From Moniliella sp. 'wahieum' (taxonomy: Eukaryota), in NCBI GenBank assembly GCA_003971905.1, contig RSEE01000137.1:124001-153386 (forward strand): a stretch of 29,386 nucleotides of DNA. Reading direction: 5' to 3'. Made by a program: the position numbers and the translations under genes. This document shows positions 11,899 through 22,128 of the stretch, piece by piece; the stretch's first letter is position 1, and every line of letters begins with the position of its first letter. Under the pieces are notes generated by a model that was not told the origin of the DNA, made no database searches, and worked only from the letters and a program-made list of their open reading frames with translations.

Positions 11899-12855
11899 AT
11901 GGTCCTCGTCCCGGCGCTGCGGGCCGCCTTGCCGCTCGTGCGCCCTCGGACCCTTCTCTCCGCCGCCGCCCCCCTTTGCCTCCACACGCTCCACACGACT
12001 ACACAACCACTGCAGGGTCGGCGCGGCGGACGCAGGGTCCTCCGCGTAGGCATCTTTCCGACGATCAAGCCCTTCACTCCGCCGACGGCCCACCGCGCCA
12101 GGACGCGACCAGCTCCTGACCCGCTCCTGCCGCCGCTCTAGCCTCCACTCCGGCCTCTGCTCCAGCTTCCGCACCTGCACCTGCATCTGCTCCGCTGCCC
12201 ACTCAGAAGAAGAAAAAGTCAACGAGGAAGAAGAAGTGTACACCGGCGCGGAGCATCTCCACTACCAACAATACCTCCAGCTGATTACGCCCGATGTAAT
12301 GCGAGACAGCAAACTCTATGGCAGATTCCCCGGCAGTGCGCCGTGATGGGAAAGGGCGCGACGGTGGCAGGTGTACAAGCGGGCCATGTGGGAGGATCAA
12401 GTGACGGCGAACAAACCTGGGTTCATCTTGTTTGAAGAAGAGCAGGAGAAAGCCATGCTGATGCGCCAAGAGCAGAACAAAAGCGAACACCCGGACCAAC
12501 CCTTGGTTGAGTTGCTTCCCTCGCAGAGGAGAGAGCATATCCTGATGCAATGGAAGAACTTGGGCGCGGTTAAGCAGAGCGCTATGCTGTTCGGGAGTAT
12601 CGCGAGGTGGTCGCGATCCTATTTCCCGTATTGTTTCGAGAGAATCCAGAGTGGTCCATGGAAACTACGATGAAGAAGGTGGATCAGGTTTGGAAGAAAA
12701 GCAAGATTGTCGGTCCCGTCAGCGTATTCAAACGCCCCTTTAATGTGTTTGCCAAAACGGAGATCCCCCAGATTTGTAACCAGTACCCAGACTGGTCTGC
12801 GGCCAAGCGGTGCCAAGAGCTGGAACGACGCTGGGTGTTAAAGAACAAAAAGTAA
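11899..12855 (+). CDS. Putative mitochondrial HMG-box protein (Abf2/TFAM-like architecture); frameshifted
   Basis: Arg/Ala/Leu-rich, acid-free N-terminus (MVLVPALRAALPLVRPRTLLSAAAP) resembles a presequence. HMG-box-like segments: KPGFILFEEEQ...SEHPD...ILMQWKNL, LFRENPEWSMETTMKKVDQVWKK, and KRPFNVFAKTEIPQICNQYPDWSAAKRCQELERRW. Confidence 0.55.
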
Positions 12856-14305
12856 CCTGGGACGTATACAACCGCACACGGCGGCTACTATATTGGATCT
12901 TGGACATACATGGCTTTTTTGGGGGGGGCGGTGTTGTGCTAGCAAAACTGAGTGGTGACGACAAGAATGATGGACAAGCGGACGCACATCATCTCTGCAG
13001 AGCATGTTTCCATCCTCCTATGTTCCACTGCATACCAAAATGACATGACTTCGCTTGCGTCATCCCTCTTTGCCTTTTCCCCTGCGAACGATAGTGCCAC
13101 TCTATGCACGCCAGCAGATGACACGATAGGCATGTGGAGCGAACTGACCCCCGTTCCTTCGGCTCACAGACGGGCGCGAAGTTGGTCGAGCAAACAGCAT
13201 CTATCGTCCACGGCGTTCCCTGCTATTATAGTACACAACTCAACGAACACATTCCCTCAAGGCCTCGATTATGGACCACTACACAATCCTCCGCCGTACC
13301 GCGGCAATTGAGACGGTACAAGAACACGACACTGCTGGCATCGCAAACACGGCCCAAGACGCACGAGGAGATCTGGACGATGGAACATCTGGTCAAGAAC
13401 GGGAGCCATGGTGCGCACGTCGCACACTTTCTTGCTGTGAATGAGAGCATAGCTCCTACATATAGCTCTTGTGGGAGCTATGCAGTGCATGCTATGATGA
13501 CTTTACCACCTCCATCCCCAGTCAGCTGCACAATACAGACAGACTATATGTTTCCATCGTAGCCTCTCGGGCTGACGCTGCACATGTGAACTGGCGCACC
13601 ACCGCAAGAGTTAGTTCTGTTTGCCGAGATTGGGCGAAATGGGTAAACATTTGTCTACCATTGATCAGCCCCAATGAGAAGGAGGCAGGCGTGAACAAGG
13701 AGTGGCTGATCGTAAAAGGGTGAAATCCCGGCGGGCCTCGCACCCGCAACGTCCTGAGCCTCGACCCCTGAGTCCCCTCTACAGATTCATCCAATATCAT
13801 CCGTATCGCGCTCTAATCTTCCAAAGTGTACACAGGGTTTCGATCCTGTCTTTCGCTTCGTTACTCGCCTCTGTTTCGTTTTGCCCTTTCCCTCGCCTTG
13901 TCTCTGACCTCGTATCATTCGTTCTTAGCCCTCACTTCTCCCCCCCATTCACTCGCTTCCCCCTTACACTGCAGACCTACTATTGGTATTTCCTCTGTTC
14001 CCCTTTTCTTATATATGTTCCCCTTTTCTTATATATATTACATGAGACACTGTCCAGGTATTCCGTCTCCTATAGCGATCGTGTTGGACGTGGTATCGTA
14101 ACGTGTGGCAAAATGTGGTGTTCGGGAACTCGTTCCTGTGTGGTTCCAGCCCCGGTTTTCCCACGTAAAAACGAAAACGGGGCAACGCAGAGGCAGGGGG
14201 GTGGGTACACGCACTAACTGACCCTGGATGCCCAATAAAGAAAGAAGAACGCACCGAGAGACAGATGGGAGGACACCTCTGATGCCATCGCGATTGGATG
14301 GGCAG

Positions 14306-17055
14306 CTAAAAAGGCAAGGGGAAAAGGATTACGGTCGTTGACGCTGAGATCTGTCGACAGACTCCGGCTGGATGTTCTAAGGGACGACTAAGACGTGGTG
14401 GAAGGCGCGTTCCTGTTGGGGAAAAACGTGTCGTTCCAGACCAGAAGTTTTCCAGGGCATCGCCGTAGTCGTTCTGGGGCCCAAGTTTGCTCAGGTGATT
14501 GAGGAAGCGGGTAAAGCGGTTGTCAGTACCCTCTGTAGCATACTCCATGGCCGTGGTGATGGCTGCACAAAGCGAACATCCCACAGAAGCGGCGGCAGAG
14601 AGAATGTAATTCATCCTGTCGACAACCAATCCAGAGATTTTGTTAGAGAGAGAGTTAGCCACATTCATAACTAGAACAATTCCAAGTGAAGACAGAGTAG
14701 TAGGCGTACGCAATCCAATAATTCAATTGCCGACGACGGGAGAACAGTAGGTGAGTGACAGCCCCCCAGAAAAACCAGGAGGTCCAGCAAACCGTTGAAA
14801 AAAATGCGAATTGCGATACACCACCAAGAAGAGCGGCCAATGGATCGAGCGGAGGTGAGCAAAGTGATTCATCTGGGGGACACGCGTCCGGCAAGGTACA
14901 AGAACAGTGGCGCGACTGCACCAATAAGGAAAATACAGAGTCCACTGGTATTGATGCAGGAAGCCGTTCTTGTATGCCCCGATGCCAGTCCAATATATGG
15001 GATCGTACAAACCTATAACCTGCGGTTGGGCTGAGGTGGTGAGCTTCAGCGTATCGGAACTCCATCCCACCCAAATTCCACTTTGCAACACTGAGCCGGC
15101 GAACTGGGTTCCAACGAGTACAAAGAAGGTGATCCGTGGCGGGATTTTAAAGTAGACTGCCAGTTTGGAGCAGCCACAGTAGAGCATCGCCTGTTGGATG
15201 GTCCCCGCGCAGCATATCTGAAAAAGAGGAAGGATAGTCGTGTGCCCAGGCAGAGAAACACTAGCAATTAACGTCGCCAAGTGCTCCACACACTTCATTC
15301 CACCGACGTCCGGCCCAGCACAAGGCCTACTGGAACATGAAAATTGCAGCCAGCGCCAGGGCAAGCACAATCGCCCAAACCGGTACCGAGGTGTGGTACA
15401 CGTGCACCATGGGGATGGCAAAGGCAAAGGCAACCAGAAGCAAGCACAGGTACCACCAAGTGGGAACAGACGGGTAGCGGGCGAGTTGGCGGGTGGGGGT
15501 CAGGGGAATCAGCCACGTTGGACACCTTCCACAAGCGGCGTAGTTCGCCGCCATGGAAAAGCGGGGTGTGCACGAGTAAGGCGGTGCAGGCAGCATAGGA
15601 AAACGCCCAGGCCATGACGCTTGTGGCAGAAAAGTATCCCTGGGGTGGATGGGGCAAAGCAAACTGGGAGAGATCTAGATCCATGTCTTGGGGCAAGGGG
15701 TTGGTAGCATGTCGGTGGTGTTCAGCTGTGGGTACCAAATCATGTTCATAACGCTATAGGGAATGCAGGCCGCTAGGCTCCGGTTGGTGAAAAAGGTCGG
15801 GAGGGCAATGACCCACATGGCAACGGCGAAGCCACAAAATACGTTGACCAGCGCGCCCCATGGGACGATCAAGGGTGAATTCAACGCTGAGATCACTGCA
15901 GTCCAGTCCAGGGACCAAAAAGACCAGCCCATGCCACCCTTTCCATCAAACAATAGATTGGCCACAAAGTTGGACGGAGCAATCCCGTTGGCCACTGGAA
16001 CATTGACAGAGGTGGGTAGAAAATAGTGGGAGCCAGTGCCAGATGAACATGACCGTCGCCACAATCCAGAAAATGCGGCGACGGTTCCAGTTGCCACGCC
16101 GAACCCCGTGTAACGCCGTGAGCATTGCACTGGTCTGAAGCTGCTGAGGATAAATCAGCTCACCAGGCCAAATGAGAAGACGTGTCGCAAGACCGGCCAA
16201 GGCAAATCCAAAGAATGGGGTCGAGAGATAGATAAGAAAGAGGAAGCCGGGTGGGAATGTGGTCTCTTGTTTTTGTGCCACCATTAGTCAATGAGGATTC
16301 GTCAGAAAGACATTCCGGCCAAGTATTGCATGGTTAGGTTGGAGCCCATGGCAACCGCAGCGACGATGGTGCAGATCCTGCGCGAACACTCACACGAGTC
16401 AGACAGGGTCTCCTTACCTGGAACCTCACCATCTCGGAAGGTGGGACGCACGTATGTTCCTTGAGGTTGAAAGGGCCCGGGTTGATGAACCAAGCCAGGG
16501 GCCAGTGGATGGGTACGGTATTTTCGATAGCGCAAAACCCAAACAGTAGGCGAATGGCTGCACCCAACACTGCACTTGTAGACACAAATATCTGTGGGTT
16601 GGCCGAGGTTCCTCGGGTCTCCATAGCAACGAGGGGCGTGGTCAGGCCGAGGGCCAGCACCATGGAAAGCAGCCAGGTGCGGATCGTATTGATTGGCATG
16701 TCTGGGTCGTCTTCGTTAGGCACGACGGCACGTACACGCGCATCAGCCAAGTCCAGATCCTTCTCTTCGTCTGTGTCGTTTTCATCTGCATTGTTTGTGC
16801 TTTCACCCCACTGATCCGATTCCTGGTTCTCGTTCGTCGCGGATCGTGTCCCAGACGGTTCATCATGCCGACTCAGCAGCCGGTCGTTTTGATAGAGCGC
16901 GTTTTCCAAGAGCGACTCTGTTTCGATCCTATTTTCGTAGTCGTCCTCGACTGTGTTTGTAAATGAAAATGGGTAGTATTCTTGTACGTCGCGTGGTTTG
17001 TTATTGTTATGCTATCAATTGTGAGAGGCCGAAGAGAACCGATGGCATCCGGCAT
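14306..17055 (-). CDS. OPT-family oligopeptide transporter; spliced, frameshifted; start approximate
   Basis: OPT motifs VRAVVPNEDDPDMPINTIRTW, INPGPFNLKEHT, LSTPFFGFALAGLATRLLIWPGELIYPQQL, GMGWSFWSLDW...SPLIVPW, and WIAMNYILSAA after splicing. Confidence 0.92.
14616..14709 (-). other. Spliceosomal intron in OPT gene
   Basis: GTACGC donor, CTAAC branch, CAG acceptor. Splicing joins YWI-A-MNYILSAA, matching the OPT C-terminal NY.LSAA motif. Confidence 0.85.
16378..16451 (-). other. Spliceosomal intron in OPT gene
   Basis: GTGCGT donor, CTGAC branch, CAG acceptor. Splicing joins KEH-T-ICTIVAA in frame. Confidence 0.85.
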
Positions 17056-17544
17056 GGACGGAAGGTCCGAGCCTTTGGAAAGTTTGTTGGTCCGTTCCTC
17101 ATCTGTTTCGTTGGGCTCGCTCGAGCGAGGAGTCGACAGATGTCAGGCCTTTGTTTTGCTTGTGGCGTTGCTGTTGTTGTTGTTGGTGGTGGTGGTGGCG
17201 AATCACAGTCATTGTGTTGAGCTTGCAGTTATCCTATGAGAGGTCGTCGTCCCAACTCCGTTCCGACTCGCAGGTCGTCAAGTGCTCCCTTCCTCACTCT
17301 CCCGCTCATATCATGCTCTTGTGTGCTCGAGCCTGGAGGCGATAAACTTCCCAACCGCGCCAAAGGAATGCAACACTTAGCCGCAGAAGCGCAAAACCCC
17401 ACCAAGCATATTGGTACGGTCGCTCCCTCCTCACCTCCTGTTATCCGCGCCCGCTTCACCTAAGTGTTAGCATTATCGACTGTATAACCCCGAGGACAGA
17501 ACAAGCAGTGGGACAGGGTGAACACGTCGGCGCAACTGTAGGGT

Positions 17545-18783
17545 CTAGCTTTCACATCTTTGAATCGCGGGCAAGGCACTGGTGGGTGATGTGGCAACAA
17601 TTCGACGCACATCGCGCTTCAGAAGGTTGTTAAGGACTGTGGGATGGAACTGTGCCGCGCGGGCTGCAATCGGGGTTCGGAGAATGCGAGCCAGGGAGCG
17701 ACAGTGACTAGTGACTCGCGAGCGGAGGATGTATCCCGTGTGCAATGGTTCAACCGACGGCTGCAAGCGAGAAGCAAGTCGAGGAAGAGCGAAAACAGGA
17801 GCGTAAACACCCGGGTTACTTTGAGACCGCTTGCGGCGGTACGACCTGCCCATCCGGACATGGCACGGCGGCGCTCCCGAAGCCAACCCGCTCCGGCCGG
17901 CACGCGTGTCCTGCTCGTTACAGTCAGTCAGTTGGCGCAAAAGGGCTTGGGCGACTGTATGGTCATCTGGCTCGGCGTGCCATTTACCGGACTGGACTTG
18001 ATCCAGGCAGCCGGCCGCGCTGCTTGTTGGTCCAACAAGCAGGACGACATGATAGTCGCTGCGGTGCCAGGACGTGGAGGGAGCCCGCAAGTGTACAGCA
18101 TGCGAGCGACGAGGCCCATGCTGCGCCCCACCGCGTGCGCAGCTGCCACCCATTCTTCTTCCCCCGCGCATGGAGCCAGCAGCAGCGACCAGGCAGCGCG
18201 ACGAGCAGTCACCACCCTGGCTCCCGCACGACTCGCCCCTGTATGGTCCAGGCCCCAGCCGCGACTTGTCCCCTCTGGAAACCAGCCCCCGCCTCGTCGT
18301 CAGCGGAGCCCACCCCATCTGGTCTTGGATCTGGGCCGCGATGACCCTGTCAGCTGTTTCTCCCAAATCCACGTTGAACCAAAGGGGCTTTGCCTGTCCA
18401 CATATTGAAAAGATGTGCATCCCACCCCAGGGGAAGGAAGTAGCATGGCGCGTCTCCTTGTCAAGCAGGGAATCCAACACCGTCCGTTCCTGCCGGTCGA
18501 ACGCACAGCCGAAGAACAAAAGGCTTGTTAGGGGATCAATCCCCGCTTTGTTCTGGATCGGAACTTGGGCCGTGACGCAAACGATGGTGTGTTGCGAATC
18601 GATGTGGACCCAGATCGGCGTGGAGGTGGGACGCGAATGGGGGCGCGGTTCGAGTGGGTGCTGTTGGCGTCCCCAAGAGGCCGCTCATCCCGCTGTAGGA
18701 GTTACGGGCGAGCGAGAGACAAGTGCGGGGGGCCGGGGGGAGTGAGTACTGAGTGGAGGAGCGTGGCCTGGACGCTGGCCATC
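17545..18783 (-). CDS. Hypothetical protein (frameshifted, possibly spliced near its 5' end)
   Basis: Protein-like segments chain across frames: IWVHIDSQHTIVCVTAQVPIQNKAGIDPLTSLLFFGCAF..., EEEWVAAAHAVGRSMGLVARMLY, VFTLLFSLFLDLLLAC, and LNNLLKRDVRRIVA. No family recognised. Confidence 0.4.
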
Positions 18784-19489
18784 GTGCCGCTGGGGTGCTC
18801 GGCTGCGGTCGACGGGGAGCGGGGAGCAGCCAATCGGCGGCGGTTGCGTTTAAGGCCCGGCAGTGGCGGAACGCCGCAGCAGGCGGAATAGCACGTGCCA
18901 TGACATAATGCACCGATCGGCCGGCAGCGTGGGGGTATTTGATGGTGCCCCACACGCCCCCGCTACCTTGGCTCGACCCACCCGTCTATACGCATCAGTA
19001 CGCGTACTCTCTGACCATTCCCACCTGCTTTTGTCCCGCTGACCGGGTACTGCCGTTTCGTATCGTCAGACAACCTCGTGTGCTGCGGCTGCTCTTCCGC
19101 CCACGACTCCACTCCCGCTCGTTCCACTGCGCCGTTTCTCCTCCCCCTGGGGCTCCTAGTACTCCTGCCGCCCCCGCTACCCCGCCCCTGTCGTCATCCC
19201 AGCTCTCGCCTTGGGCGATCACATCCCGTCTTTCGCGTGAGGCGCACAGACGCGCCGGTCTCGTTGCCCGCTCTGCCCCTCTCCTCCATTGTGGCTTCAC
19301 CCCACGCCACAAAGCAAATCCAACAAGTCAGATCAACGCAAAGCAAAGCGAAGCAAAACAACCAGCAAATGATGCAGTCTATCTGAGGAGGGCAAGGTTG
19401 CCAGGCGCCGGAACAGAAAATGTGCACTGCATGCATGAGGGGAGGCGCAATGTGGCCCCAGTAAGGTCCGCCACAGATCTCATGCCAAA

Positions 19490-20870
19490 CTAACTAGCGC
19501 GCCAGAGTGGGAGTGAGAGTGGTAGTGAGAGTGGGAGTGGAGCAGGAGCGAGAGCTATGCGCAGCCCGGCCGCCACTGCTGCCGCTACGACTGTGGCAAT
19601 AGCGGCCCATACAAGCCGCGCGCGACGGGCGTCGCAGGCTGGATCCCACAATGCCGAAGCAAGCAGCGCGTGTCCCGCCCCCCCCCCCCCCCAAGGCTGT
19701 ATAGGCTGCGGCGCGCTGGGCGGGCGTGGTATGGGCCGAGTCGTTGGCAATGGCCGCGAGGGATTGCAGGCGCTCCCACTCCTCGTGCGAAAAAACACGG
19801 ACGGTTTGGTAATCGTAGACAAGGCTCAAGCTCTTGTGCGTCTCGGGCAGGAGATGTTGGCGTCGATCTGGATCTGGATGTAGCCCTCGGGTTGGTCTTG
19901 CGGCAATAGGCTCAAGATGCCGCTCGGATAGGTCGCATGCCGAGTCAGTTTCACCGCCACCTGACCCGGGGCTGGGGGCCGGGGCGGGGGGTACACGGCA
20001 CGTGGAATCAAGGAGAAACTGGATAGTTTGCTGCATTTTCCTCTGAATCTTGGGGCTGGGGTGGTCAGCGTAGAACAAGTCGGCCTTGACATAGAGTGGT
20101 ACGCGTTCCTCTACGGGCGCACGCCGCGCAAACGCCGCATTGGCCTTCTGCATCCATCGCAGTTTGCACTCAAACACCTCAGCCTTTGACTCTCCCACGA
20201 TCTCGCGCCCCACACCGCACACCCCCCCACGTCTGCCCGCGCGTCGCGGCGCACCTCGGGGAGAAAGCGGAACACGCCGCGGTCCGGCCAGGACCGCACT
20301 CCGTTCGGGACGAGTTCCCACCGCACGCGAAGCGGCGGAGGCGGGAGAGGTAGGCGCGGCCCCGTGCCACGGCCCAGGTGAGAAGACGCGCGGCCCAGTA
20401 CACGAGCATGGCCCAGGAGACGAGGAGCAGCGGGATCGGCCATGCCAGCATCTTGGCGAGGAGGAACGAGAGCGCTTGCAGCAGCAGCAGCAGCAGCAGT
20501 GCTTGTTGCCACAGCGTCATGCTCAGTGGCGTCGCTGGTGGCGGTTAGGGGCAGACGCTGCTCAATGTGGCGTTGGTGGTCCGGCGGGGCATGCAAGGAA
20601 GCGCCCTGGGTGGGTTGGCTACTGTTGGTGGGGGGGAGAGGAACGGGCGCAGCGCCACAGCCCCGCAGTCTAGGCAACCGATCCCACATCCGTGCGAGCA
20701 ACCCGCGGGGTTTCGGGTGCTGCTCGGATTGCCCCGGCACGCACAGATCAGTCACGTGAAGGCTGCCGCGTGTCACAACCCGGTTTTTATTGTCCGCTTG
20801 GCCCTCCCCTCGGCGTGGCCGAGGCCGGTATCCGCGCTTGCCGCTCTGCTGGCTCACCTGCATTTGCCAG
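19490..20870 (-). CDS. Hypothetical membrane protein (spliced, frameshifted; may extend further 5')
   Basis: Intron 20720-20857 (GTGAGC donor, CTGAT branch, CAG acceptor). Hydrophobic segments LLLLLLLQALSFLLAKMLAWPIPLLLVSWAMLVYW and LVWAAIATVVAAAVAAGL flank a soluble region VPLYVKADLFYADHPSPKIQRKMQQTIQFLLDS. Confidence 0.45.
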
Positions 20871-21924
20871 CCGCATCAACCCCTGCACCGCTAGCCGATC
20901 TGCCTTCTAGTGGCGTCCTGTCGGGCCTGCTCAGCTCGGTGATCGGCCACCTGCACACTTACGCGGCTTGCCCTACCGCCGCTAGACGAGCAGGATCATT
21001 ATTGTACTACGTTTCCATGTCCCTTGTGTCTTATCATTTCCACACGGAAGCTTTTCCTGCGGTGTGGGTCGATCCAGACGGATCGAACCTGGTATCGGTT
21101 TTGTTTTCCTGGGATGAACAGATTGAAGGGGACCGTGTTTGTGTGTCGGAATCGTGGGCATCTCTGTTTTCATCGCCTTGCCCTCCTCGGGAGCGAGCGA
21201 CAGTTTTTGTTGGGCCTCGGCCAGGATGCTGATTGGAACGATATGGGCCGGCGGTTACCGGCTCAGGCATAGTTAGTCACTGTACTGCCGAGCTCGCCTG
21301 CTCTCTGGTACTTCGCATTGAGAGAGTCGATGGGGCTCACGCCTAGTGAACGGTTGATGCTACGTCTGAATGGTATTGGTATGAGTGATAAAGGGGGTGA
21401 AGGAGTACCTCTGGGTGTGGGGTGAGAGTGGGGGTATGAATGGATGGGCATGGGCGAGGGGTCAACATGGTAGGTACTATATATGGACTGTAGCTCTTTA
21501 CTGTGGTGGACGGTGGGGACGAGGTATGTTAGTACCCAAGGAAGCTACGGATGGGGGCTGTGTGCATGCAAAAGGGAAGATGTCAGGGAGAACGTTCAGA
21601 GGAGAGTGGGGCCAAGTAGGGAAATATGGGGCATGTATTGGTCTGGCGTGGGGGGCGGGGGGCAGCCCCCCGTGCGGGGCGCAGGCAGCGGGGAATTACC
21701 ACCTACTGGGTGCGTGCTCTCAGGGCACCGCCCTAGTGGTCAGTCTAAGTCTGTATTTTCAGGGATCAGTATGTCGGAAGAGAGTCAGTATATCTACAAG
21801 TCGGCATCCTACTACAGATGGAGGTGCCGCAGTAGAGACGCAAGAAGGGGATCAAATGGCAAATTCATTTCTTTTTTTCGCTCCGAAATTAGTGAGTAGG
21901 GTTGGATTTGAAAAGGTGCTTAAG

Positions 21925-21950
21925 CCCCCCTCTCTGAGGAGAGAGGGGGG
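21925..21950. other. Perfect 11-bp stem / 4-nt loop hairpin just after the 28S breakpoint
   Basis: CCCCCCTCTCT-GAGG-AGAGAGGGGGG, flanked by a further GTGC/GCAC pair at 21916-21919 and 21957-21960. Confidence 0.9.
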
Positions 21951-21962
21951 AAAGAGGCACAC

Positions 21963-22046
21963 AGTAGATAGGACAGTGGGGGTCTCGTTAATCCATTCAT
22001 GCGCGTCACGAATTAAATGACGAGGCATTTGGCTACCTTAAGAGAT

Positions 22047-22078
<32 letters not shown>

Positions 22079-22094
22079 GTTGAATCTCTTCACT

Positions 22095-22128
<34 letters not shown>

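Noticed and set aside
11899..12855. Mating-type HMG gene (Mucorales sexM/sexP or smut prf1)
   Set aside because: The N-terminus is presequence-like, the MATA-HMG signature is absent, and there is no flanking triose-phosphate transporter/RNA helicase or pheromone/receptor gene.
12952..13723. Possible + strand gene with an F-box-like RVSSVCRDW fragment
   Set aside because: The motif is isolated at the end of short discordant ORFs with no LPxE start, which is too little support to call.
1647..17055. Pseudogene status or programmed frameshifting of the F-box, PPR, HMG and OPT genes
   Set aside because: The same indel pattern occurs in rRNA, and motifs and splice sites are preserved, so sequencing error is more parsimonious.
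21480..21962. Group I intron inserted in 28S (exon ends in U; S-like AAAGAGCTACAGTCC and R-like AGACTG on the minus strand)
   Set aside because: No internal guide sequence pairs with UCUACU, P and Q elements are unconvincing, and the 3' exon of 28S never resumes.
21900..21970. Helitron 3' end (hairpin near a terminus)
   Set aside because: No CTRR terminus at the junction, no matching 5' TC end identified, and no Rep/helicase coding sequence.
22024..22041. R2 element or Pokey-type insertion at TTAAGG^TAGCC
   Set aside because: The site is intact and uninterrupted.
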